Origin: Proteromonas lacertae
Lineage: Eukaryota
Reading direction: 5' to 3'
DNA length: 64,000 nt
NCBI GenBank assembly: GCA_002245135.1
Contig: NGBS01000600.1
Span: 1 to 64,000, forward strand
The notes beneath the pieces are model-generated. The model had not been told where the DNA came from. It did not search any database and worked only from the letters and a program-made list of their open reading frames with translations. Position numbers and translations under genes: made by a program. Positions 1-13,967 of this stretch are shown piece by piece; the stretch's first letter is position 1; every line of letters starts with the position of its first letter.

Positions 1-387
1 GAAAGATTTCATCAAATAGCAGCATCAACAGTTTCTGGAACTTCTAGAAGGGGAGGTAGAGGTAGAGGTGGTAGAGGAGGAAGAGGTGGTATGAACAGAC
101 CATCAAGAACAGTATCAGTAAGAGGAAGGAATCAGAATAGAGGAAGAGGTGGTAGAGGAGGACGTGGTGGTAGAGGTGGTAAGAGAGGTACAGGAGCACC
201 TAAAGCTGATAGATTAGACGCTGAATTAGATAATTATTGGTATGAAGCAGGTAAAGGCCCAGATCCAAAGCAAAAGAAATTAGATAGAGAAATGGATAGT
301 TATTGGAAGAATAAAGAAAATAAAATGGAAGAAGATAGTAATACTGCAACAACAACAACTTCAGCTGGAGCTAATTCAACTGCATAA
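1..387 (+). CDS. RGG-rich mRNA export adaptor-like protein (ALY/REF or Chtop/FoP type), 3' part
   Basis: Frame is open from base 1. RGG repeats are followed by two UAP56-binding/FoP-like motifs, DRLDAELDNYW and KKLDREMDSYW. Confidence 0.65.
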   Translation, partial: ERFHQIAASTVSGTSRRGGRGRGGRGGRGGMNRPSRTVSVRGRNQNRGRGGRGGRGGRGGKRGTGAPKADRLDAELDNYWYEAGKGPDPKQKKLDREMDSYWKNKENKMEEDSNTATTTTSAGANSTA

Positions 388-552
388 ATGGGAAATATTA
401 TTAAAGAGAGTGACATAATAATAATAATTCTTTTAAGAATATTGTTTTTCTATTACGTTTTTGAATTATTTGAATGAATTGATTAAAGAAATAAAAACAA
501 TCACATCAATTAAATACTTGAAAAAATAAATAAAAATGAAAAAATAATCTCA

Positions 553-2407
553 CTAAATCTTTATTCTCTTCTTCAAATCTTCAATTTCTTGTTTCAATTT
601 CACATTCTCTTGTTCACTCTGTTGGAACATGTTTTGCAAAGTATCAATCTCCATCTTCGCTCTTTTCAATTCTTTCACCATATCCAATTGGTCTTTTTTC
701 ATCTTTTCCTCTTTCAGATAGTTGTTCATTTGATTTACCTTCTTTCAATTGATTTTCTAAATTTCTTTTTCTTTCTTAGCAGTATCACATTCTATTCCAT
801 TTCATTCAATTTTGATTTTACTAATTTCAATTGATCTCTTGTCATTGATTCTGTCATATGCAAATTTCTCATATTTATCTTCTAAAATAGCTTTTTGTTC
901 TTTCAATTCATTTATTTCATCTTTTAACTATACATAAAATAAAATATAAAAAAAAATAAATAGTAAATATACTTGTTTCAGTGTAATATCAAATGAACTA
1001 TTTGCATTAATCGCTTCTTCTTCTAGCAGCCATTGCAGCTAACATCAATTTATCTTTTCTATTATGTTCTCCTTGAATTCTTTCATTCGTTTTCCTCACA
1101 GAATGGATAATATCTGTTAATAATCCAATTTCACTATTTAATTCTTCAATTTTCATATTCTTTTGATCTATTTCATCGCATGTCTTTTTGTATAAAGAAG
1201 ATACCAAATCAATATCCGTTACAAATCCTTTGATTTTTTCATCTAAATTATTCACATCATCAGTTATTGCCATTATTCTGTCATGGTATTCATCCATTTT
1301 TGCTGCATATTGTTTGGATATTCCATTCATTTCTGATGTTATATTTGCAAACTATAAAACAATGAAAAATAAAATTATAAAAAATATATATACTCGATGA
1401 TAATAATCATCATTTTCTGCCCTTAAATTTATATTCATTTCTCTCATTTCAACATAATCTTTCATCATCTTTTCCATCTCTCTTGTCACTATCTGTAATC
1501 TTACACTATCTCTTCCATTTCCTTCAGCTTCTCTTCCAAATTGTTCTACTAAATCTTTTAAACAGATTTTCTCATTATACACTTCTTCCATTTCTTCCAT
1601 TTTCTTTTTCATTTCATTTTTTTCTTTTGTTAATTTCTTTGACGATTTCTGCTGCTTGAATTTCTCTCAATGTAAATGTTGATTCAAATGCTAATGTTAA
1701 ATCATCTAAAAAGCTCAATATTTGAAACTAAATAAAAATAAAAAAAACTATATAAATATATATACTAATATTCTTATAGAAGGTGTTCTTATCTTTCCTA
1801 ATGTATCTGAGACTAGAACAGATCGTGTTAAATCACTATCTACACCTAATCCTCGATAATAATTTAAAATTCTATCTAAAATATGTAAACTAAATTCATT
1901 GATCATAGAATGTTCTAAATCTACTAATTGTATGATTTCCTTGGGAGTTAAAAGAGATGTATTCTTTAATGAATATTTTTGTAACTGATTCTCTAAATTC
2001 TTTCTCATTACTTCCCATTTTGATTTCTTCTGTATGTTCATTGGTATTCCATCACTTGATAGTTTCATTTCATCATTTGAAGCACTAGTATCAAATATTG
2101 TGTACTTCACATCGAAAAAATGTCTTAAATCTGATTTTTCATTATCAATAAATGCTGTTACTTCCTATTACGCTTGTATATCATAAAAATATACATCTTG
2201 AACTCCCAGACCTTCATTTTCTTTTACAATTGATTGTAAGGCTGTTGTTTCTCTTATGATTTTACATTGAGCCAATTGATTACCGATATGAAGAGATAAA
2301 TTGTGCATCCCCTCTTTCCAATTATTCACAGCTTTTCTAGCACGAAAGGAAGATGGTCTTTGGAGATGTTGTGATAATTCTTCTCCACCTTTTATGTTAC
2401 TACTCAT
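553..2407 (-). CDS. Multi-exon coiled-coil protein of unknown function
   Basis: ATG at 2407 (MSSNIKGG). Short GT-AG introns (e.g. 928-972 and ~2165-2194) join the ORF pieces. E/K-rich heptads. Apparent +1 frameshifts near 1020 and 1640. TAG at 553-555. Confidence 0.6.
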
Positions 2408-2583
2408 TTTCAAAAAAGAAACAGTTTTATTCAAAATACAATATCAAACAGATATCAAGCATATATATTAATTTCTTCAATAAATCTCTTAATAAACTGA
2501 TTTTACAACCTATATTATGTTATTTTCATATTAACAATACAAACAAAAATTGTCTTCAATATTCAATAATAATAGCGATATGC

Positions 2584-5500
2584 TTAAGCATATTCATTTT
2601 TGATTTGACATCCTTCTCCATAATAACCATCAAAACATTCACATGTTCCTGTCTTATAATCGCAAATACCTCTTCCACTACAATCTCTATATTCTGCATC
2701 TCCATTATTGGTTGATTGTTCAGGATCAACACCTGAAGGACATTCAATCAAACTGCAATCATATCCACGATGTCTTTTATCACATAAACAACCATATACT
2801 TTAGCATCAGTATTAACATTTCCATAACCATGATATTCTTTCAATTCATCATTCGATAATAATTCTTTCAATGGAACACATCTTCCATTTCCATTACAAT
2901 TATTTGGACAATCAATTCTTTGACAGGAACTACCAGTAAATCCATCATAACATTCACATTGTCCTGTTTCTCTATTGCATTGTCCTTGACTACTACATTC
3001 TTTTAGATTTGATTTTCTGGTTGTTATTAATACAACTGGATAAGTAATTGTTTCTGTTAATAATCTTTCACGAGGTTCTTTTACTTCTGGCAATACAATA
3101 GTTTCAATTGTTTTAATATAAATATATTTATCTTCATCTTTTCTTACACTTGCTACTGTTGCTATTTTATTAGTTATTGTTGCTGTTAATCCTCCATTCA
3201 CAGCTATTTCAATTATTACACCTGGAACAATCTTCATACTGAATAATTTACCTCCTTCATCATCAGATTCTTTTATTTTTAATTCCTTATTTTCTTTATA
3301 ATTCTCTAATAATGTTTTTGATTCTTTTATACTCAATGATATTTGTGGACCATTTTCAGTGACTTTACCTGAAGAACCAACATTATCATCTACAACATTA
3401 AAATACCATTCTCCATTCTCCATTTTGAAATATTTAGCTGCATCTAAATCTTCAATAGCTACTTCTTCTATACCAGCAGCATTACCTTCTGTATCTAGCT
3501 TTATTTTATTCATACAATAACATATATCACCATCTTTTACATTATTCACATCATTTTGATTGAATATAAACTTAACATCCTTATCCACTGCATGTAAATC
3601 CAATTCATATTCTGTAAGTTTATAATTATTATCATCACCTTCTGGATTATAACATAAAAACTTCATTTTAGTAATACTATGCGGTAATGCCATTGGCCAT
3701 ATTAGATTATTGAATGTAGTAGAATAATTACCCCAAATAATCACTTTCTCTTTGTTATTATTTATTTCCTTTGTTTCTACAATGGAAGTTGTATAAAGTG
3801 ATAAATCATTTCTTTTGAATATCACATTACAGGATAATATATCACCATTTGCTTTTGATACATCAAATAAATATTTCAAATACATGCTTTCATTCTTTTT
3901 ATTATAACTTGTAACATCAACCATTCCTTTACTACTTTTATTAAGATTTAAACAAGATAATAAACCTCCTTCTCTATTCAAATTCAATTCTGAAATGAAT
4001 GGAATATCACTTGGAGTATATGGATCAACTACAGGAATTTCTATATCAATTGTTATTTTCACAATTGGATTAGTAAGTTTAGCTTCTAACAGTCTTTCTT
4101 TGTTTTGTATCTCATATGATGATATATCAATTTCTGGTTTTGTTTTTACTACAATATAATTTGATTCTGTTCTTATCACTGAAACAATCTTTGTAGTTAT
4201 TTCCTTCAATTTACTTGCACCATCATATAATTCAACTTTCATCCATTTATCCTTTTCTACTGAATTTGAAACAGTTTCTCTATTCTGCTCAGGTAATGGA
4301 ACTGGGAAATATTTTGGTGATGATGGAGTTGGATTTGGTTTTCCTGATTCATCATCTCCTTTCACTTGTATTTCTTTCATTTCAGCAAATATTGATTTAC
4401 CAACAGTAAGGACTGGATTTGTTATGGTAATTTCTTCTTTGGTATTTGAATCAACTTTTGTACTTGTTGTTGTTGATAAATCAACAGTATCTTCATGTAT
4501 TTCTTTATATATTATTTCATCTTTTTCATTCTTTACAAAGAATGTTGATGCTTCAGATTTTTCAATAGATACATAAGTTCCATCAGCTTTGGCTGTAATA
4601 TGACATACATCCTTCTCTTTAATTATATCATTATTAATGAATGTAAATACCGCATGTTCTTCATTCTCAATAGACACTGTTACATCATAAGTTGCAATTT
4701 TAATCTCAACATTACTCTTCTTATCTGCTAGTGGTGTATAACATGAGATTGTAATTTTCTTATCTTTTAATCCCATTAATTCAACAGCTTTACCATAATA
4801 TTCCCATTTTATATAATATTCTGTATTTTCACCTTTTTTTACTATTGATTCAGTGAATGTAGATAAATCACTTCTTTTGGATGAAGTTTTATATGTATAA
4901 ACAGCATAATCAAAATTATTATAAAAATCTTGATTTTTTTGTTTAGTATTTCCTTCTATTTCTTCGTTGAAACTGTATTGAATAAAACTCACTTGTGGAT
5001 AAGTTGTTTTATAAGATAAAACATTTCCAGTACCAATTGTTTCTTTCTTATTATTCAATATAGCAACATTACCACCTTCAGTAGATAAATCAAGTTTTAA
5101 TAAATAATGTTTGCATATTTTTGTTTCTGGATTACAGTCTGAATTTGGTAAAACTGTATGATTCAATATAATAGCATCATCATTAATTCCATATAAACTT
5201 TGATATTCTTTTCTAAGAGGTAAAAATGGTGGATATATTGTCAAATTATATACTGATGTATTGCTTGTTGAATCAACTGTTTGAATTTGAGTAATTTCTT
5301 TATATATAACTTTTGCAGTATCTAATTTGTCTTTGTCTGGCAAACTCAATGTAATTTCCATTACATTATGTTCTTTAACAACTTTAGCTAATTCAGCATC
5401 AGCAGTTTGATTTGTCGGTTTTAATAACAAATAATGAGAATTATTATAATAATCATCAATTGTTTGATTAATTCTATTATTTGAAAAAACAACAGTATAA

Positions 5501-8500
5501 TTAGTATATATTATTGGATCATTACCTGGTAATTGGATATAATCACTTTCAATTCTATTCAAGTAAATATCTTTAACATAATATTTCTTTCGTATTGTAT
5601 CATAATAGAATGTAGAACAAATATCACATTGAGTTTTTTCTTCAACAACTGGATTTTTAGTGTCTAGTTTTATTGATTCTCCTTTACGTGTTGCTAATAA
5701 ATAACAAATATCACCCTCCTTCAATGTATCTTTATCTGTTATTTTAATAATTAAATCTTTAGCTGTTGGATTTTTATTATCAGTAAATGAAACTGTTTCA
5801 TGAGTAATTGTTGTTTCATATTCAGTCAAATGCCCATAATAATCACTTGTATTTTTATGATAACATCTTAATTTCAAATCTGCTTTATCAGATGAATAAC
5901 CCCAACCATTTGCATAAACAATTTCACTAAAACCTTTCCAAGTAAACTTTTTACCTTCAGCATCTTCTTTTGACAATGTCATATTAAAATAATCAGTCAA
6001 ATCTTTCTTAGCTGTATTATCATTTGGTCTACAATCAAAATCATATGGATATAAATCATTACAATCTTCAGAATATGCATTATCACATATTTTTTCACTA
6101 TCAAAACTCAAATATGTATAAACATTCATTTTTTCAACTGTTTTAATAATTCTACTATTTTCCACTATATGTTCATTATATCCCCAAAAAGTTGCATTTA
6201 CTTCATTTTTATTACTTACACAGTTCATAATACTTTTAATCGTTCCATCTTTTACTTCATGTTGTAATGGAATTCTGTATATTTTAATACCATTATTACT
6301 TTCTATTGGTGTTAATTTAGGAGCAGGGTATATAGTCATTTTTATTTTCAACACGTTTTCATCTTCTGCAATCTCTAACATTCTATAATTCATTTTACTA
6401 AAATTAAATTCTTTTCTTAAAGTAACATAAGTTCTACTATTCTTTTCTTTCACTTCATATATCATATGAGTATCAGAATCAGTAAAATCACCTTCTCCAT
6501 AACCCAATATTTCAATTTTTACTGATGCACTCTTTCTAATAAAATTAGAATAAACACTACTGGCACTATTGCCATCACCATCAGTACTTCTACATCCAAT
6601 TGGAATCTCTAATTCACCAGAATGACTGTTCATATCACTTTTACTTGTGTCTAGATAATGATTGATTATTAATCTACTTAATGTTGCTTCTATTGTTAAT
6701 TCATATGTTTTCTTCTTACTATCACTTGGATCTTCTTTACCATTTACTACTTCACACAACATTTTTGGGCTTTCATAAAACCATTGACTTCTATCACCTA
6801 AATAATAGAAATTTGAACATTCATCACAACCATCTTGTGATTGACACTTAGTAGAATCACATAAAGAAGGTGAAGGAGGCGTTAAAGTAATTGTGTTACC
6901 ATTGTTTTTTGCCATTAACATACATTTATCTCCATCAGCTAAATGTGTTTTATCTGTTAAAGTAAATTCAACATTTTCACCTATTTTTACTGTTACTGTT
7001 TTATCATATAGGAAATGTTCTTTATTAGTAACAGGATGATAACATTTTATACTCTTTTTACCTCCAGATAATCCAATTGCAGTTAATATCTCACCATAAT
7101 TTGTCCATTTATTAATTTCTAATTTATTGTTTATTACCAATTCTTTATAGCCAGTAAAATCTTTCTTTGTATTAGTCATTTTTTCATTATTATAATCAAA
7201 ATCTAATGGATATTTTCCATCACAATCTGAATTTACTGTTATTTTACCACTATTATCTGTTGTATATGGATCTTTGCATATATCAGTTATTTCTTTATCA
7301 TAACTCATAAAACTAATTGTATTTTTCTTATCATATCCTAAAAAGTAACTGTTTTTACCAGTTAATCCATTTGTCTCATCATTCTTTTTACTTGTAAATG
7401 GAATTACTCCATATACTACATTATCTTTTTGGAAATTATAATTATGTGGAACTTTGTATATCTTTACACCATCATCACTCTCTTTAACCACAATTAATGG
7501 AGCAGGTTTTATAATCATTCTCATTTTCAATTTCTTTTCTTCTGCTGATATTGCTAACATTCTATATTCAACGGGATTAAAGTTGAATTCTTCTCTGAAT
7601 GTTACATATTTTCTATTAGCAACAACTTCATCACCTTTTACTGACCAAATCATATGTTCAGTTTTATCAGTAAAATCTTTACTACCATAACCTAATATTT
7701 CTACTTTTATTGTACCACTCTTTCTTAATATTCCAATCATTGCATTTTCTTTTTCTGAACTGCTACTACACCCTTGAGGTATTTCTAATTCACCAGTATG
7801 ACTGTTCATATCACTTTTACTTGTGTCTAGATAATGATTGATTATTAATCTACTTAATGATGCTTCCATTGTTACTTCATATGTTTTCTTCTCACTATCA
7901 CTCGGATCTTCTTTACTATCATCTATCTCGCATATCATTGTCGGTTCCTTATAAAACCATTGACTTCGATCAGTAATGTAATAGAAATTAGCACATTCAT
8001 CACAAGCATTTTTATTTGATTTGCATGGAGAAGAATCAGTACAACCACTGGGAGGTGTTAATGTAATTGCACTTCCATCTTTCTTTAACAACATAAAACA
8101 TTTATCTCCATCAGCTAAATGAGTTTTATCTTCTCCTAAAACAAATTCTACATCAGTACCTATTGTTACTGTTACTGTTTTATCATACAAGAAATGTTCT
8201 ACATTCTTCTCAGGATGATAACATTTTATCTTTATTTCATTATAACTATCTTTATTAAATCCATTTGCTTTTACTATTTCACCAAAATTTGTCCATTTAT
8301 TAATTGTAACTGTTTCACCACTTTTGGTTACAACCATCTCTTTATAGCCAGTAAAATCAGTTGATCCACTACTATCTACTTCTAATTCACATTCGAAATC
8401 AGTTGGATATTTATCTACACAATCATTGGCATATGCATTACCACATATTTCATTATCATAACTTATATAACTGATTGTATCAGCTGCTTTATAGCCCCAA

Positions 8501-11500
8501 AATGAACCTGTCACTGTATTACTTCCACTTGTACAAGATATTTTACCACCTATAAAATTTGTTAAATCGGAATATTGTCTGTTCACTTTGTATAATTTCA
8601 TATTATTGTCACTTTCAATTGCAGTTAAAATAGGAGCTTTTATTAAGCTCATCTTCATTGTTAAGCTTTCTTCAGCTAACATTCGTAACATTCGATATTT
8701 TACTGAATCAAAAACAAATTCTTCTCTGAATGTAGCATATTTTCTTCCATTTTCTGTTTTTACTTCAAATATCATATGACTATTAGCATCATTAAAAACA
8801 TTACTCAGTCCATCTAATTTGATTTTTATTAATGCACTTTTTCTTATAAATTGAGTATATTCAGTAGATCCTGTACATCCTTGAGGAATTTCTAATTCGC
8901 CACTATGACTATTAGCACCTGTACTTGTCTTTATATAATGATTGATTATTAATCGACTTAATGAGGCATCTATTGATAATTCATAATCATTAGCTGATGT
9001 TTCTGTTGATATACATGACATTGTTGGTTCTTTATAAAACCATTGACTTCGATCAGTAATGTAATAGAAATTAGCACATTCATCACAAGCATTTTTATTT
9101 GATTTGCATGGAGAAGAATCAGTACAACCACTGGGAGGTGTTAATGTAATTGCACTTCCATCTTTCTTTAACAACATAAAACATTTATCTCCATCAGCTA
9201 AATGAGTTTTATCTTCTCCTAAAACAAATTCTACATCAGTACCTATTGTTACTGTTACTGTTTTATCATACAAGAAATGTTCTACATTCTTCTCAGGATG
9301 ATAACATTTTATCTTTATTTCATTATAACTATCTTTATTAAATCCATTTGCTTTTACTATTTCACCAAAATTTGTCCATTTATTAATTGTAACTGTTTCA
9401 CCACTTTTGGTTACAACCATCTCTTTATAGCCAGTAAAATCAGTTGATCCACTACTATCTACTTCTAATTCACATTCGAAATCAGTTGGATATTTATCTA
9501 CACAATCATTGGCATATGCATTACCACATATTTCATTATCATAACTTATATAACTGATTGTATCAGCTGCTTTATAGCCCCAAAATGAACCTGTCACTGT
9601 ATTACTTCCACTTGTACAAGATATTTTACCACCTATAAAATTTGTTAAATCGGAATATTGTCTGTTCACTTTGTATAATTTCATATTATTGTCACTTTCA
9701 ATTGCAGTTAAAATAGGAGCTTTTATTAAGCTCATCTTCATTGTTAAGCTTTCTTCAGCTAACATTCGTAACATTCGATATTTTACTGAATCAAAAACAA
9801 ATTCTTCTCTGAATGTAGCATATTTTCTTCCATTTTCTGTTTTTACTTCAAATATCATATGACTATTAGCATCATTAAAAACATTACTCAGTCCATCTAA
9901 TTTGATTTTTATTAATGCACTTTTTCTTATAAATTGAGTATATTCAGTAGATCCTGTACATCCTTGAGGAATTTCTAATTCGCCACTATGACTATTAGCA
10001 CCTGTACTTGTCTTTATATAATGATTGATTATTAATCGACTTAATGAGGCATCTATTGATAATTCATAATCATTAGCTGATGTTTCTGTTGATATACATG
10101 ACATTGTTGGTTCTTTATAAAACCATTGACTTCGATCAGTAATGTAATAGAAATTAGCACATTCATCACAAGCATTTTTATTTGATTTGCATGGAGAAGA
10201 ATCAGTACAACCACTGGGAGGTGTTAATGTAATTGCACTTCCATCTTTCTTTAACAACATAAAACATTTATCTCCATCAGCTAAATGAGTTTTATCTTCT
10301 CCTAAAACAAATTCTACATCAGTACCTATTGTTACTGTTACTGTTTTATCATACAAGAAATGTTCTACATTCTTCTCAGGATGATAACATTTTATCTTTA
10401 TTTCATTATAACTATCTTTATTAAATCCATTTGCTTTTACTATTTCACCAAAATTTGTCCATTTATTAATTGTAACTGTTTCACCACTTTTGGTTACAAC
10501 CATCTCTTTATAGCCAGTAAAATCAGTTGATCCACTACTATCTACTTCTAATTCACATTCGAAATCAGTTGGATATTTATCTACACAATCATTGGCATAT
10601 GCATTACCACATATTTCATTATCATAACTTATATAACTGATTGTATCAGCTGCTTTATAGCCCCAAAATGAACCTGTCACTGTATTACTTCCACTTGTAC
10701 AAGATATTTTACCACCTATAAAATTTGTTAAATCGGAATATTGTCTGTTCACTTTGTATAATTTCATATTATTGTCACTTTCAATTGCAGTTAAAATAGG
10801 AGCTTTTATTAAGCTCATCTTCATTGTTAAGCTTTCTTCAGCTAACATTCGTAACATTCGATATTTTACTGAATCAAAAACAAATTCTTCTCTGAATGTA
10901 GCATATTTTCTTCCATTTTCTGTTTTTACTTCAAATATCATATGACTATTAGCATCATTAAAAACATTACTCAGTCCATCTAATTTGATTTTTATTAATG
11001 CACTTTTTCTTATAAATTGAGTATATTCAGTAGATCCTGTACATCCTTGAGGAATTTCTAATTCGCCACTATGACTATTAGCACCTGTACTTGTCTTTAT
11101 ATAATGATTGATTATTAATCGACTTAATGAGGCATCTATTGATAATTCATAATCATTAGCTGATGTTTCTGTTGATATACATGACATTGTTGGTTCTTTA
11201 TAAAACCATTGACTTCGATCAGTAATGTAATAGAAATTAGCACATTCATCGCAAACATCATTTGATTTACATGGAGATGAATCAGTACAAGATCCAGAAG
11301 GAGTAGCTAATTCAATTGCACTTCCATCTTTCTTTAACAACATAAAACATTTATCTCCATCAGCTAAATGAGTTTTATCTTCTCCTAAAACAAATTCTAC
11401 ATCAGTACCTATTGTTACTGTTACTGTATAATCATATAAGAAATTTTCTACATTCTTCTCAGGATGATAACATTTTATCTTTATTTCATTATAACTATCT

Positions 11501-13201
11501 TTATTAAATCCATTTGCTTTTACTATTTCACCAAAATTTGTCCATTTATTAATTGTAACTGTTTCACCACTTTTGGTTACAACCATCTCTTTATAGCCAG
11601 TAAAATCAGTTGATCCACTACTTGCTTCTAATGTACAATCTAAATCAGTTGGGAAGAATTTACCACTGTCACAATTATTTGGATTAGTACAAATCTTACT
11701 TTCATCTTCATAACTTATATAACTGATTGTATTAGCTGAATCATATCCCCAAAATGAACCTTTTATTTCATTTGCATTACCTCCACTTCTACAAGATATT
11801 TTACCACCAATATAATTTGTTAAATCAGAATATTGTCTATTCACCTTGTATAAGTTAATATTATTACTTACAATTGCAGTTAAAGATTCTAATTCTGCTA
11901 TTTGAATAGTTACACCATCAGATGGAGCAGTTATACTTTTATCAAGCGCAAAATCAGTTCCATCAAATGATTGAACTACAAACGATTTATCTCCAATTGT
12001 AACTTGTGTTGTAATATGAATAATCTTTTTCATATTATTATAAACATTAGCAGCACCATAACATGTTGAAGGTAATGTAATTGTTTTATCAGGCTTAAAT
12101 ACAGTTGAAACTATATCTTTTCCAATGACTAGAGAATAATCTGTTGCAAATTTTACTTCACATATTTTATCTTTTAAATACCATTTATTACCATAATAAA
12201 CATAATTGCCACAATAATCACAACCAGATCCATCAGTACCTTCAGTTGGTGTAGTTGGTGTATTTGATACGATTGTAGATCCTTCCAATTTACCCATTAA
12301 ATGACAAACAGCTGCAGCAGGTAAATTTCCATCATCTTTTGGAGTTATAGTTAAATCATTTATACTACCATCTGAATTTTGAGTAGATGTAATTGTTGCT
12401 GTTGTTTGTACAATTTCGCCAGTATTACTCTCACACCAAAATGGTAAATCACCTGAAGGTAATGCAATTGATACTCCTTCTAATATTGAACCATATCCTT
12501 CCCAAGTAATTGGATCAATAGGTGTATTTGCTAATGTAATTGTTTTGAAGTTGCTAAAATCTGTTCTTTCATTGCTAGCTGTGCAAGTATATGATGTAAA
12601 ATCTGTTGTAACGCTGTTAGGATCAGTATACTCAATATAGGCAACATCTTTATATTTCATCCAAACTTTCAATTTCACAGAATTAGTAGACTCAGTACAA
12701 GTTAATTCACAACTTAAAACACCATTACCACAATCAATTTTTGAATATGAAGAACCTGATAATGTTGATAGCTTGTAAACTTCTTTACTTGTTGCACCTA
12801 CAGTAACTGTGATTTTATCAGTTGGTTCAGCCAACAGCCTGTTGTTAATTGGAACAAATGCATCTAGAAGCAGTCTACCTGGAGGATCACCACCTTCATC
12901 AGTGGACATCATCACGCTGCTTTCACCATCCGTGTAAATAAATGGATTTCCTACAGGACATAACACTAATCAAATTATAAGTAATAGTTTATGTAATAAA
13001 ATATATACATTCAGAACAGTCAGCACCTCCATATCCAAATATTTCATTTTGGCCATCTCTAATCTGTGTCACATCTTGTTGATAACATTGACACACTCCG
13101 TTTTTGCTGCAAATTCCGTGGCTGTTGCAGTTATTTGGACATATTCCAAATATCACCTGAACAAGCAGTGTAGAGACATAGAAGACTAAGAATAAAGCCA
13201 T
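2584..13201 (-). CDS. Giant secreted Sig1/mastigoneme-like tenascin-EGF protein with a large repetitive insert (~3,520 aa)
   Basis: Exon 1 (13009-13201) has a signal peptide and CPNNCNSHGIC...GADCS. A 43-nt intron (12966-13008) leads to the 3460-aa ORF, which ends in ECSSQGQCNRETGQCECY...CPNNCNGNGRC...CPSGVDP...RDCSGRGICDYKTGTCECF. Confidence 0.8.
7949..11250. repeat. Intragenic tandem repeat, ~3 essentially identical 1,083-bp (361-aa) units
   Basis: Identical antisense ORFs at 8588, 9671 and 10754 are spaced 1,083 bp apart. More diverged copies flank both sides (to ~11,880 and down to ~4,500). Confidence 0.95.
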
Positions 13202-13967
13202 AGAATAATTGAAAATTTCAAGAATTCACCAACGTATCTCAACTTATAGTCTTTATTTTAAAATATTTCAATAACTACTTTGAAAAATCACAAAATAACC
13301 ACATATATTGAGCCATGTATTTCTTTATTTTGTGTCTGAACAATAATATGGACATTTTATTATGATTTAATTAAATGACATTGTTTTATTCCTTTTGACA
13401 TTTATGCTCTAACCTATTACTAATATTGTATATAACGTTATTCTTAAGTTTAAATGCTCTAAAAAATGCTAGTTGATGAGATATTTAAGAAATGATTATA
13501 TTTTTGATATAATTTTCGCACCCTAAATTTTAAAAGTGTTTTATTGATGTGAATGATCACTTTATTGGACACTTGTATATCTAGATCAATAATTGCAGTT
13601 ATCATTTTACAATTGAGTTTTTAATTTATTTGAAACTATATGATTTATTCATTTCTCAATTGAAAACAACCTTATCATTCATCATTTTTAATATAAAATG
13701 CATAATGTATTTATTTTGAATGTTTATTGAGTTTTAAAATGCTGCAACACACACATAATGACCATCAAGTGTTTATCACTCTCAGTATACATAATTCAGA
13801 ATTGCAGTTCTTATTGGCATAGAATAATTAATGTATATAGGTGTTTTTAATCTTTTGTATCTTTTATTGAGTGATATTTTCTATATCTTGTTGAACACCT
13901 ATTATATACTAATAACACAAATATTCTATCAAAAATAATAATTTTAAGAATAAGTATTAAGCACTCT

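Noticed and set aside
7949..11250. Tandem array as CRISPR or mobile element
   Set aside because: The units are 1,083 bp in-frame coding repeats with no spacers, terminal repeats or transposase.
13202..13967. Unusually long intergenic region, possibly an ncRNA
   Set aside because: No recognisable tRNA, snRNA or stable hairpin by eye; an Rfam scan would be needed.
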